A stretch of 64,000 bases of DNA. Origin: Bacteroidales bacterium (lineage in GTDB: Bacteria > Bacteroidota > Bacteroidia > Bacteroidales > UBA932). Location of the stretch: contig JAILNI010000047.1 in the NCBI GenBank assembly GCA_024691765.1, forward strand, positions 8,739 through 72,738, given 5' to 3'. Below the pieces are notes generated by a model. The model was given only the letters and a program-made list of their open reading frames with translations. It did no database searches and had not been told where the DNA came from. The number at the start of each line of letters is the position of its first letter. Within the stretch, counting starts at the first letter, position 1. The position numbers and the translations under genes were made by a program. Below, one piece after another: positions 38,965 to 48,683 of the stretch.

Positions 38965-39085
38965 CGGAAGGGTTTCGTATCCGAAATACGCGGGTTTCGA
39001 ACTCTTGCGAAAGAGCCCTTTATTTCTTGCTATTGCAAAAAATAATCTGCAAATTTGTGAAATAACCATGCAATGAACGGCACTT

Positions 39086-40024
39086 ATGGCTAAGAAGTAC
39101 GACATCGTGGCTCTGGGAGAGCTCAACATCGACCTGATTCTTAACGATATCCAGGGATTTCCCGAAATCGGCAAGGAAATAATCGCTGACCGCTGCACCA
39201 TGACCCTGGGCAGCTCCACCGCCATTTTCGCCGCCAACGCTTCCGCTCTCGGGGCCAGGGTGGCTTTTCTCGGCCTCGTGGGAACCGACGATTTCGGCGA
39301 TTTCATCGAGAGGTCGCTCCGCGAGCGCGGCGTCGACACCGGCATGCTGTTGCGCACCAGCGAACATAATTCCGGCATCACCGTGTGCATGAGCTACGAA
39401 CAGGACCGCGCCAACGTCACCTTCCCTGGGAGCATGAACTATCTCGGGCTGGAGCAGGTGCAGAAGCTGGATTTCTCCTGCACGAAGCATGTCCACATCT
39501 CCTCGCTCTTCCTTCAGGAACAGTTACGCAAAGACATCGTTCCCATCCTCAAGCATATCAAGGCGGCCGGGGCTACCGTGTCGCTCGACACCCAGTGGGA
39601 TCCCGCCGAAAAGTGGGACGTTCCGTGGAACGAGGTGCTGCCGCTGGTGGACGTGTTCATGCCCAACGCCCAGGAGATAGAGGCCCTCACGGGAGAGTCC
39701 GGCCTGGAAAAGGCCATAGCCGCGGTTACACCCAAATGCCACGCGCTGGTGGTGAAGAACGGCAGCAAGGGGTCCATCGCAATCGACGGAGCCTTCCGCC
39801 GCGAAGTGCCCGCCTTCCTGAATCCGGAACCGGTCGACTGCATAGGCGCGGGCGACAGCTTCAACGCCGGGTTCGTTTCCGCTTTCGTGCAGGGAAAACC
39901 GCTGCAGGAGTGCCAGGATGCGGGCAACCTCACAGGTGCCATATCCACTACCGCGGCAGGCGGCACGGGAGCATTCAGCAGCCCCGAAGCCATAGAGGCG
40001 GCGGCAAAGCGCTTCCGCAAATAA
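39086..40024 (+). CDS. PfkB family carbohydrate kinase
   Basis: GELNIDL, GTDDFG and DCIGAGDSFNAGF. Confidence 0.92.
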   Translation: MAKKYDIVALGELNIDLILNDIQGFPEIGKEIIADRCTMTLGSSTAIFAANASALGARVAFLGLVGTDDFGDFIERSLRERGVDTGMLLRTSEHNSGITVCMSYEQDRANVTFPGSMNYLGLEQVQKLDFSCTKHVHISSLFLQEQLRKDIVPILKHIKAAGATVSLDTQWDPAEKWDVPWNEVLPLVDVFMPNAQEIEALTGESGLEKAIAAVTPKCHALVVKNGSKGSIAIDGAFRREVPAFLNPEPVDCIGAGDSFNAGFVSAFVQGKPLQECQDAGNLTGAISTTAAGGTGAFSSPEAIEAAAKRFRK

Positions 40025-40041
40025 ACGATTAGTAAACGATT

Positions 40042-41661
40042 ATGAAACGTTTAATCCTAAACCTGTTCCTCCTTCTCGCGGCCGCGGCATGTTCGAGAGG
40101 TCCCGTAACCCTTACCATCAGCTCGGAAGACGGCCGTTTCATGACCTTCTCCGGAGCGTCGCAGTCCACCCGCCCCGACTGGATATTCCCGCTTGAGGAG
40201 GACACCCTTCTGGTCAACCACCTGGGGCAGAACGACCGCGCCTATGGCGGAGGCATCCCTCTTTCGGTGGTATGGACGGCCGAAGAGTGCATAGCCCTCG
40301 GCTCCCTCTCCCCCGTTCCCCTGGACATCAACATCCCCGTGGAAAAGAAGGGCAATACGGTTACCGTCACCATCGACCCGCTTGGGGAGAAAATGCCCAA
40401 ACTCTTCATTTACAAGGGCAAGGGAGATTGCTTCCGGGCCTTCAAGGAGTACGCCAAGGCCATGGAGAAGAGGGGCATAGTGCCCGCCGGACTGCAACCC
40501 GCCTCGCTTGAGACGCAGTGGTGCGGCTGGGGCTACGGCAAATACTTCACCCCGGAGGAAATACTCGGAACGCTCCCGAAAATCAAGGAGATGGGCATCA
40601 CCTGGGTGTGCGTGGACGACGGTTTCCAGACTTACCGCGGAGGCGTCGAGGACTGGAAACCCAAACGCTGGCCCGAGAGCGAAATGAAGGCCATGGCCGA
40701 CTCAATACGCGCATACGGCCTGAAGCCCATGATATGGTGGTTCCCGATGGGAATGTCGCCGAAGAGCAAGTTCGTGAAGGAGCATCCCGAAGTGGTGGCA
40801 AAAGACTCGCTCGGACGGCCTTATCCGCTTTCGCACGGCTGCATCTACGTATCCCCCACCCATCCGCTGGTGATCGAGGAGGCCCGCGCCCTGGTGCGCA
40901 TGTTCATGAAGGACTGGGGTTACGACGCGCTCAAGCTCGACGGTCACCAGATGAACTCCTTCCCTGCGAACTACGCCAACGCGGGAGACCCGATGTACGA
41001 CGCGCACCATGTGACCGACTTCTACAAAGCCATTTACGAGGAGGCGCTGGCGATCAATCCCGACGCGGTGGTACAGTACTGCCCCTGCGGCGACGTGTTT
41101 TCGATCTACCATCTGCCTTACCTCAACCAGACCGTTTCTTCCGACCCGGAGAACCACTGGCAGGTGCGCAGCAAGGCCTACGTACTCAAGGCCCTGGCCC
41201 CGAATGTACCCTATTACGGCGACCATGTGGAGATAGTGGACGGCGATTTCGACTCGCAGTTCGCGGTGGGCTCAGTTCCCGGAACGAAGTTCACCTGGCC
41301 CGCCGACAATCCGAGGATGAAGCAGAGCAGTCTGCTCACCCCGGAGAAGGAACCCGTTTACAAGCGCGCATTTGAAATTTACGAGGCCGAACGCCAGAGC
41401 GAGGGAGAACTGCTCGGGGGCCTCTACAACCTCGGTTTCGACGTTCCGGAAGCCTACGTCATCCGCAAGGGCGATACCTTCTACTACTCCTTCTTCGCTC
41501 CCGAATTCGAAGGACAGGTGGAGTTCCGCGGCCTTTCGGAAGGGAGCTACGCGGTGGAAGAACTCTGGAACGGCGCTCTCCTCGGCGAAGTCTGCTCGGA
41601 AGACCCGCACATGAACCTCAGCTTCAAAGAATCCATACTTCTGAAACTCATAAAGAAATGA
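40042..41661 (+). CDS. GH36-like alpha-galactosidase, lipoprotein
   Basis: WCGWG, VDDGFQ and DALKLDG motifs. Confidence 0.8.
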   Translation: MKRLILNLFLLLAAAACSRGPVTLTISSEDGRFMTFSGASQSTRPDWIFPLEEDTLLVNHLGQNDRAYGGGIPLSVVWTAEECIALGSLSPVPLDINIPVEKKGNTVTVTIDPLGEKMPKLFIYKGKGDCFRAFKEYAKAMEKRGIVPAGLQPASLETQWCGWGYGKYFTPEEILGTLPKIKEMGITWVCVDDGFQTYRGGVEDWKPKRWPESEMKAMADSIRAYGLKPMIWWFPMGMSPKSKFVKEHPEVVAKDSLGRPYPLSHGCIYVSPTHPLVIEEARALVRMFMKDWGYDALKLDGHQMNSFPANYANAGDPMYDAHHVTDFYKAIYEEALAINPDAVVQYCPCGDVFSIYHLPYLNQTVSSDPENHWQVRSKAYVLKALAPNVPYYGDHVEIVDGDFDSQFAVGSVPGTKFTWPADNPRMKQSSLLTPEKEPVYKRAFEIYEAERQSEGELLGGLYNLGFDVPEAYVIRKGDTFYYSFFAPEFEGQVEFRGLSEGSYAVEELWNGALLGEVCSEDPHMNLSFKESILLKLIKK

Positions 41662-42485
41662 AAAAGATAAGAGAAGTCCTCTACGACTGCCAGGCGAAGA
41701 AAACCGCCGTCCTGGCCACCAATTTCTACAATTACGAAACCCTTGTCTGCGTAGCCCGCGCCGCCCAGGCCATGAACGCCCCGGTGATGCTGCAGCTCAC
41801 CCGTTCCTCCATCGACTACATGGGCATACACAACGCCTACAAGATGGGACGCCAGGTGATGGAAGACTACGGCCTGCAGGGCTACATCCACCTCGACCAC
41901 GGCCCGAGCCTCGAGCTTGTGCAGAAGTGCCTTGACGAAGGCTTCGATTCGGTTATGATAGACGCTTCCGAGAAGCCCTTCGACGAAAATGTGGAGACCT
42001 CGCGCAAGGCCGTCGAGATGGCCAAACCCTACGGGGCCAACGTCGAGGCCGAACTCGGCTACGTGGCCAAGCTCGGACAGGAACAGGGAGGCGGATTCAC
42101 CACCCCGGAACAGGCGGTGGAGTTCGTGAAACTCACCGGCGTCGACGCCCTTGCGGTGTCCATAGGATCAGCCCATGGCTTCTACAAGCAGACCCCGCAT
42201 CTGGATATCCCGAGGCTCGCCGCCATCCATGCCGCCACCCCCGTGGCGCTGGTGCTTCACGGCAGTTCCGGCATCCCTCACGACCAGGTCCGCGAAGCCA
42301 TAGCCAACGGTATCGTGAAGGTCAACCTCGCCACCGAAATCAAGGACAACTTCATGCGCGCGCTCAAGAAAGTGCTGGGCGAAAGCGATGAAATCGACCT
42401 CCGCAAGGTGTTCCCGAAGGCCATGGAGCCGGTGGTGGAACTGCTCAAGGAAAAATACGCTCTCACGGGAGCCATAGCTGAATAA
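41658..42485 (+). CDS. Class II fructose/tagatose-bisphosphate aldolase
   Basis: HLDH, SVMIDAS, VEAELG, LAVSIGSAHG and VLHG. Confidence 0.92.
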   Translation: MKKIREVLYDCQAKKTAVLATNFYNYETLVCVARAAQAMNAPVMLQLTRSSIDYMGIHNAYKMGRQVMEDYGLQGYIHLDHGPSLELVQKCLDEGFDSVMIDASEKPFDENVETSRKAVEMAKPYGANVEAELGYVAKLGQEQGGGFTTPEQAVEFVKLTGVDALAVSIGSAHGFYKQTPHLDIPRLAAIHAATPVALVLHGSSGIPHDQVREAIANGIVKVNLATEIKDNFMRALKKVLGESDEIDLRKVFPKAMEPVVELLKEKYALTGAIAE

Positions 42486-42502
42486 CAGATAACGCTCAGG
42501 AT

Positions 42503-43858
42503 ATGAAAAGGATAGCTTTACTCCTCCTGGCGGCCGTGGCACTGGCCTGGGGCTGTCAGAATCTTCCCATCAAAACTAAGGTTCCCGCCCGTCCGAAAGG
42601 GCAGGAGAACGTGCTCGGCCTTACCGCCGATCCGATAGCCAACGTGCGCATAGCGGTGGTCGGCCTCGGCGACCGCGGCGGCTGGGCTGTTGTACGCCTG
42701 ACCTATGTGCCGGGCTGCACCGTAACCGCCGTGTGCGACATCGAAGCCGACAGGGTTGAAACGGCCTGCCGCAGACTCGAGGAACGCGGATGCCCCCGCC
42801 CCGCCGAATATGTGGGAGAAAAGGCATATCTGGACCTCTGCAAGAGCGACGATATAGACCTCGTTTATATCTGCACGGACTGGAAGATGCACGTGCCGAT
42901 TGCCCTCGCCGCCATGGAGAACGGCAAGCACGCCGCCGTGGAGGTGCCGTCGGCCACTTCGCTTCAGGAGTGCTGGGCCCTCGTGAACATGAGCGAGAAG
43001 ACCCGCAAGCACTGCGCAATACTGGAGAACTGTTGCTACGACTTCTTTGAGATGAGCGCCCTTGCAGTAGCCCAGGCCGGAGTGTTCGGTGACATCGTCC
43101 ACGCCGAAGGTGCCTACATCCACAATCTGGGTCCCTGGTGGGGTGGCTATTACAAGAACTGGCGCTGGGAGTTCAACACTGAGCATCGCGGCGACGTGTA
43201 TGCCACGCACGGACTCGGCCCCGTATGCCAGGCTCTAAATATCCACCGCGGCGACCGCCTGAAGACCCTCGTTTCCATGGATACCGACGCCTTCACCGGA
43301 AAGAAGGTTTCGGGCAATCCTAACTTCGCAAACGGCGACCAGACATCCACCCTCATCCGCACCGAGAAGGGCAAGACCATTCTCATCCAGCACAATGTGA
43401 TGAACCCGCGCTTCTACGACCGCATGTATCAGCTGGTTGGCACCGAGGGCTATGCCGGAAAGTATCCGGTGGAGCAGATACTGCTGAGCTCCGAAATGGA
43501 TGAGACCGGCGAAGTGAACGCCAAGGATCTCGTGGAGGAGATTCCACTATCTCCCGAGCAGATGGAAAAGCTTTTCGCCAAGTACCCCACACCAATCCTC
43601 ACCCCGGAACTCACCGAACTTGCAAAAGAGGTCGGCGGACACGGCGGAATGGACTTCATCATGGATTACAGGCTCATCTACTGCCTCAACCACGGCCTGC
43701 CGCTCGATGAGGACGTTTACGACCTGGCCGAATGGAGCTGCATAGGGGAACTTTCCCGCATCTCCATCGAGAACGGCTGCGCTCCGGTCGAATTCCCCGA
43801 CTTCACCAGGGGCGACTGGAACAAGGTCGACGGGTTCAAATACGCATTCGCCGAGTAG
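42503..43858 (+). CDS. GH109 alpha-N-acetylgalactosaminidase-like lipoprotein
   Basis: GLGDRG, LENCCYD, YATHGLGP and GGHGGMD. Confidence 0.88.
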   Translation: MKRIALLLLAAVALAWGCQNLPIKTKVPARPKGQENVLGLTADPIANVRIAVVGLGDRGGWAVVRLTYVPGCTVTAVCDIEADRVETACRRLEERGCPRPAEYVGEKAYLDLCKSDDIDLVYICTDWKMHVPIALAAMENGKHAAVEVPSATSLQECWALVNMSEKTRKHCAILENCCYDFFEMSALAVAQAGVFGDIVHAEGAYIHNLGPWWGGYYKNWRWEFNTEHRGDVYATHGLGPVCQALNIHRGDRLKTLVSMDTDAFTGKKVSGNPNFANGDQTSTLIRTEKGKTILIQHNVMNPRFYDRMYQLVGTEGYAGKYPVEQILLSSEMDETGEVNAKDLVEEIPLSPEQMEKLFAKYPTPILTPELTELAKEVGGHGGMDFIMDYRLIYCLNHGLPLDEDVYDLAEWSCIGELSRISIENGCAPVEFPDFTRGDWNKVDGFKYAFAE

Positions 43859-43877
43859 AGGCGAACTTGACGATACG

Positions 43878-43914
43878 AAAAAAGCCGCCGCTTCGATTGC
43901 GACGGCTTTTTTAT
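43878..43914. terminator. Bidirectional intrinsic terminator
   Basis: AAAAAAGCCG-CGC...GCG-CGGCTTTTTT between convergent genes. Confidence 0.75.
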
Positions 43915-43929
43915 TTTGCGAGGGTGCAA

Positions 43930-44859
43930 CTACCTTAACAGCAGACTTGCCTTGCCGAGCAGGCCCTGGGCGGTGTAGACCTCGGCCGAGTAGACTCCCT
44001 TGTGGTATTCGGGAATGTTGTTGACGTAGATGGACATCTCCACGTCGGAGCCGGTGTAGTCCACTTCGCGGGATGCGGAGGCTGCCATCGCTTCCCCGTC
44101 GCAGGTGAAGCTGGCGCCGCTGCCGTCGAGAAGCAGGTTGCCCTCAGGGTCCTTGACCCTTACGTATACGCGCACCGGACCCCTCGGGGTGAGGTCGTTC
44201 TCGCTCAGGATCAGGCTAACCATGAGGCGGACGATGCGGCTGCTGCGGTCGGTCACCTTGTCGGAACCGTTGTAGGCCACCAGGGTAATGTCGCGGGCCT
44301 TGAGCTTGGAGCCGATGGACACCTGCTCCTTGTAGCTGCTCACCTGGGCGGAGAGCTCCTCGTTGCGGCGTCCGGCCTCGGCCGCTTCCTTGCGGGCATT
44401 GGCGGCTTCCACCGTAAGTTTGTGGTTGAGGGTATTAAGCGAGTCTATCTGCACGACATAGCTGCGCATGATGCTGCGAAGGGTTCCGAGTTCCTTCTCG
44501 TACTGGCGAATCTTGGCGCGGTCGACGGCCTGGGTGCGCTTGATGCGGTCCACCAGCTGGGCCACCTCCTCACGGGAAGAGTCGAGCTGCGAGTTGAGTA
44601 CGTCGTAATCGCTGGAAAGGGTGGCATAATCGGCCTGGAGAGCCTCTATCTGCTCGGTAAGGTCGGCCTTCTCTTCCTCGAGCTGGCCTACCAGGGTGGA
44701 TTTCTGGAACCAGATAAACGCGAGGGCTGCAGCGAGCACGACTGCCACCGCTGCGAGTACTATTGCTATGGTGCGGAGACTCCCGCCGCTGGCCTTGCGT
44801 TCGGCTTCCTGCCTTTCAAGCCTTTCGAGGGGATCTTCCCTTTTGATTTCGTCTGACAT
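43930..44859 (-). CDS. Conserved Bacteroidota membrane-anchored coiled-coil protein
   Basis: TM helix, long coiled coil (LRSIMRSYVVQIDSLN), C-terminal Ig-like beta domain. Confidence 0.7.
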   Translation of the reverse strand: MSDEIKREDPLERLERQEAERKASGGSLRTIAIVLAAVAVVLAAALAFIWFQKSTLVGQLEEEKADLTEQIEALQADYATLSSDYDVLNSQLDSSREEVAQLVDRIKRTQAVDRAKIRQYEKELGTLRSIMRSYVVQIDSLNTLNHKLTVEAANARKEAAEAGRRNEELSAQVSSYKEQVSIGSKLKARDITLVAYNGSDKVTDRSSRIVRLMVSLILSENDLTPRGPVRVYVRVKDPEGNLLLDGSGASFTCDGEAMAASASREVDYTGSDVEMSIYVNNIPEYHKGVYSAEVYTAQGLLGKASLLLR

Positions 44860-44906
44860 TGTTTCGTTGATTTGGTTACAAAGGGCAAAAATAATAAATT
44901 TGTACC

Positions 44907-45368
44907 ATGAAATACATAGTGCGCGCATTAAAATACTTTGTGTACCTCGGCATGCTGCTGGCGGTCATCCTCTTCGCCCTGTCGCTTTTCGGACTTGTGG
45001 GAGGAAGCATCGACGAGATTTTCAAAGACGGAACGCAGAGCCTCTGGAAGATACTCGGCATACTCGGAATCTTTTCGGCAATCTATCCGGCTTTCGGTTA
45101 CGGAACCCGCCGCCTGATGACTCCGGGAGCGTTTGAAGAGATTCGCGACGGAATTGTTTCGGCCATGGCGGAAAGGGGCTACGAACTCGATAAGGAAGAG
45201 GGGGAGAACCTCTCGTTCCGGCTTCGCGGAGGCGTGCAGAGGTTCCTGCACATGTTCGAGGACAGGCTGGTGTTCACGCGCTGCATGGGCGGCTTCGACG
45301 TGGAGGGCCGCATACGGGATTCCGTCCGGGTAATCTCCGGGCTGGAGTACCGGTTCAAGGGGGAGTAG
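44907..45368 (+). CDS. Hypothetical membrane protein
   Basis: Two TM helices; TAAATTTG promoter 4 nt before the ATG; abuts hemW. Confidence 0.7.
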   Translation: MKYIVRALKYFVYLGMLLAVILFALSLFGLVGGSIDEIFKDGTQSLWKILGILGIFSAIYPAFGYGTRRLMTPGAFEEIRDGIVSAMAERGYELDKEEGENLSFRLRGGVQRFLHMFEDRLVFTRCMGGFDVEGRIRDSVRVISGLEYRFKGE

Positions 45369-46664
45369 ATGATATACATCCACGTACCGTTCTGCCGGAG
45401 TTTCTGTACCTACTGCGATTTCTATTCGGAAATTGTAGGTGGGTGTCGCCGCGCGGAGGGGGACTTAACACGAAAAGGCGGCAAAACGTGTTCACCCCCG
45501 GGTTTTGAGGCGGGGGTTAACACGAAAAAGGCCGGAAACGTGTTAGGTCCACGGGCTGAAGATTCGGTTTTCCGGCAGTATTGCGACGACCTTTGTGCCG
45601 AAATCGAGGCCAGGCGGGATGAAATCCTTTCCACGCTGGGAGTCAGCACCCTTTACATCGGCGGAGGAACCCCTTCGGTGCTGCCGCTGGAATGTCTGAG
45701 GCGGATAGTGGAGAAGCTGGACTCGGTTATTCGCGAGGGCGAAGATGCTGGCGAAAGCGATACCGGCGCGACCGGAGCGGCGCCTGGTAGGAACGGAGTG
45801 AAGGATGCCGGTGCGGCGTTCCGAACCAGGTACGAAGAGTTTACGGTTGAAGTCAATCCGGAAGACATAGTGGAGAAGGGCCCTGAATATGTCCGGGGCC
45901 TGCTGGAGCTTCGCGTGAACCGCATCTCCATGGGGGTGCAGAGCCTGGATCCCGGGATGCTCCGCTGGATGAACCGTCGGCACAGCGCCGACGGCGCCCG
46001 GCAGGCCTGGCGGATTATCAGCGACGCAGCCCGCGAGGAGGCCGCCCGGAGCGTGGACCTGATTTCAGGGGTGCCGGGGATGAGCCTCAGGATGCTGGAA
46101 GCGACGGTGGACGAAGTGCTGGAGTGGCGGCCGGAACACATATCGGCATATCAGCTCAGCATCGAAGAAGGCAGCGCCCTGGCAAAGCAGATTGCCGCAG
46201 GAAAGGTTTCCGAACTCCCGGACGAGGAGTGCCGCGCCCAGTACGAGCTGCTCTGCAGCAAACTCCGCGAGGCGGGGTATCACCATTACGAAATCTCCAA
46301 CTGGGCGCTATCCGGACACGAGGCCGTTCACAATTCGGCATACTGGACCAGGCAGCCTTACGTCGGGCTCGGCCCCGGCGCCCATTCTCTGGAAGTCCAC
46401 TTACGAAAACGGCCCGAAACGTGTGTAGCCCCCATCCCGAACGGGGGACTACTCACAAAAACGGCCCAAAACGTAAGTACTCCCGGCCAAATCCGCAAAT
46501 GGAACTCGAAAAGCCCGACCGGCTGGAAGGAGGAAGGCCGCGAGGTGCTAACCCCGGAAGAAATCCGCGAGGAGGAACTGATGCTCACGGCCCGCACCGA
46601 CCGCGGACCCATCCCCGAAAGCGACTGGTTTATCGCAGACGAACTGGTTGCGGATCTGATTTGA
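45369..46664 (+). CDS. hemW: Radical SAM heme chaperone HemW/HemN-like, carrying in-frame insertions
   Basis: YIHVPFCRSFCTYCDF, GGGTPS, RISMGVQS, YEISNW and HNSAYW. Confidence 0.9.
   Translation: MIYIHVPFCRSFCTYCDFYSEIVGGCRRAEGDLTRKGGKTCSPPGFEAGVNTKKAGNVLGPRAEDSVFRQYCDDLCAEIEARRDEILSTLGVSTLYIGGGTPSVLPLECLRRIVEKLDSVIREGEDAGESDTGATGAAPGRNGVKDAGAAFRTRYEEFTVEVNPEDIVEKGPEYVRGLLELRVNRISMGVQSLDPGMLRWMNRRHSADGARQAWRIISDAAREEAARSVDLISGVPGMSLRMLEATVDEVLEWRPEHISAYQLSIEEGSALAKQIAAGKVSELPDEECRAQYELLCSKLREAGYHHYEISNWALSGHEAVHNSAYWTRQPYVGLGPGAHSLEVHLRKRPETCVAPIPNGGLLTKTAQNVSTPGQIRKWNSKSPTGWKEEGREVLTPEEIREEELMLTARTDRGPIPESDWFIADELVADLI
45462..45549 (+). repeat. 88-bp palindromic element, copy 2, in frame within hemW
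   Basis: GACTTAACACG...CGTGTTCACCCCC...GGGGGTTAACACG...CGTGTTAGGTC. Confidence 0.9.
46394..46481 (+). repeat. Variant palindromic element, copy 3, in frame within hemW
   Basis: ACTTACG-aaaacggcccgaaa-CGTGTGTAGCCCCC...GGGGGACTACTCAC-aaaaacggcccaaaa-CGTAAGT. Confidence 0.75.
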
Positions 46665-46853
46665 TAAGCAAGAGATACTTCCGAGGGGTAGGGGGAGGCG
46701 TGAATACGCGACAGGGATAAAAAGCAGGGGCTGAACGGGAAAGGTGCCGGGAGTGGCCGGTAAGAAACCGGGCGAAAACCATAAATTTGGACTTTTAATG
46801 CAAAATTACGAACTTAGCGGAATCTTGAGCGCATAACGCGCGGAACAAGGACG

Positions 46854-48683
46854 ATGACCGAAACCGAAAACCGGCCCCTCGTGAGCCGAGAGACATTACA
46901 GCAAAGCTTTGGCCTGAAGGGCGTTACCGGCAGGATTCTGTCCGGTATGATTTACGGCATCCTGGGCATGCGGAAAGTGAACCGCTGCTACGCCTCCCTG
47001 CCGAAGGCCGAAGGCCCGGCGTTCTCGAAACAGGTTCTGGAAGCGCTGGATATAAAGTTCGAGATTCCCGAAGAACAGCTCAGGTATATCCCCGAAGAGG
47101 GAGGCTTCATCACGGTAAGCAACCACCATTACGGCGCCGTGGACGGCATGATACTCAATGCCGTGATAGGTTCCATGAGGCCTGACTACAGGATACTCAC
47201 CACCTTCATCCTGGCCAAGATCGAGAATCTGCAGAACGACTTCATCCCAGTGGACAACTTCGCTTCCGGTGCCGCCCGCAGCGTGTCCGGCATCAAGGAA
47301 GCCCTTGGCCATATCGAAGCAGGCAAGCCTCTCGGACTGTTCCCGGCCGGAGAGGTAGCCACCTGGCAGAAAAAGAAAGACCGCACTTCGGTTCAGGGAT
47401 GCCGCGTCGTGGAAGACAAGCCCTGGGCCGAGAACATGATGAAGCTGGTGCTCAAGTCGGGCCTCCCCGTCATCCCAATCTGGTTCGACGGAGGCAACTC
47501 CAGGCTCTTCCACATACTCGGACGCATACATCCAATCTTCCGCACCCTCCGCCTGGCAAGGGAGATGATGGGCGCCAAAGGAAAGACCATCAGGGTACGC
47601 ATCGGCCAGCCCATTCCTGCGGCACAGCTTGCCGGCTTCGACACCGGGACCCTCGGGAAGAACCTTCGCAACCGCTGTTATGCCCTTGAGGGACAGCTCC
47701 ATAAGGAAAGCACGCATCTCTCCGGAGACGCCCCCCAGCAGCCCATAGCCGACCCCGTCGATCCCGAAATCATCCGCTCCCAGATAGACGCCATCGAAGA
47801 CAAACTCATCTTCGAAACCGGAGGTTACAGGGCCTACCTTATCCTGGCCGAAGAGGCTCCCGACGTGATGAGGGAACTGTACCGTCTGCGTGAAGTCACC
47901 TTCAGGGCGGTGGGCGAAGGCACCGGGAAAGCCCTCGACACCGACTTCTACGACTCCTACTACCACCACCTCATACTCTGGAACGTGGAAAACCGCGAGC
48001 TCGTGGGCGCATACCGCGTAGGCTACGGCACCGAGATAATTGCGGCCCACGGAGGCGTGCCCGGTTTCTATACCTCGACCCTCATCAACTTCGGGCCGGA
48101 TGCGGAGGCCATACTTGCGCACTCCATGGAGCTCGGCCGCTCGTTCATACGTGAAAAATACCAGCGCGAAGTGCTGACGCTCAAGCTCCTGCTTGCCGGC
48201 CTCTGCGTAGCCACAACGAAAGACCCGAACGTCGACTGCTGCGTAGGTCTGGTGACCATGAGCGCGGCAATGCCCGACTTCTACAAGAGCCTGGCCGTCC
48301 ACTTCCTCTACAAGCACTTCATGCTGCCGAACGCAGAGCGCTTCGCAACGCCCACCACCCCGTTCAAGCCCAGGCTCCTCAGGGTAAACCCCGACGAACT
48401 GCTGCAGGTGCCGGACGGCGACATCGACGCCTTCGACCGGCTTCTCGGAACCGTTTCCGACGGAGCCTACCGCCTGCCGGTGCTCTTCCGCAAGTACTTC
48501 AGCTGCGGAGCCAGGGTGTCGTGCGTGAACGTCGACCCGGATTTCTCGGACTGCGTGGACGCGATGATAGTCCTCAAGCTTCGCGACTTCCCGGCAATGA
48601 GCATCAAGTCGTTCGTGCGCTCGCTCCCGGAGGAGGTGCAAAAGAAGGTCTTCCTACATTTCTACGGTACAGAGGATGTTTGA
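46854..48683 (+). CDS. PlsC-like acyltransferase + GNAT (OlsF-like architecture, often annotated hemolysin)
   Basis: NHHYGAVDG and FPAGEV; LREVTFRAVGEG, VGAYR and ELGRSF. Confidence 0.8.
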   Translation: MTETENRPLVSRETLQQSFGLKGVTGRILSGMIYGILGMRKVNRCYASLPKAEGPAFSKQVLEALDIKFEIPEEQLRYIPEEGGFITVSNHHYGAVDGMILNAVIGSMRPDYRILTTFILAKIENLQNDFIPVDNFASGAARSVSGIKEALGHIEAGKPLGLFPAGEVATWQKKKDRTSVQGCRVVEDKPWAENMMKLVLKSGLPVIPIWFDGGNSRLFHILGRIHPIFRTLRLAREMMGAKGKTIRVRIGQPIPAAQLAGFDTGTLGKNLRNRCYALEGQLHKESTHLSGDAPQQPIADPVDPEIIRSQIDAIEDKLIFETGGYRAYLILAEEAPDVMRELYRLREVTFRAVGEGTGKALDTDFYDSYYHHLILWNVENRELVGAYRVGYGTEIIAAHGGVPGFYTSTLINFGPDAEAILAHSMELGRSFIREKYQREVLTLKLLLAGLCVATTKDPNVDCCVGLVTMSAAMPDFYKSLAVHFLYKHFMLPNAERFATPTTPFKPRLLRVNPDELLQVPDGDIDAFDRLLGTVSDGAYRLPVLFRKYFSCGARVSCVNVDPDFSDCVDAMIVLKLRDFPAMSIKSFVRSLPEEVQKKVFLHFYGTEDV

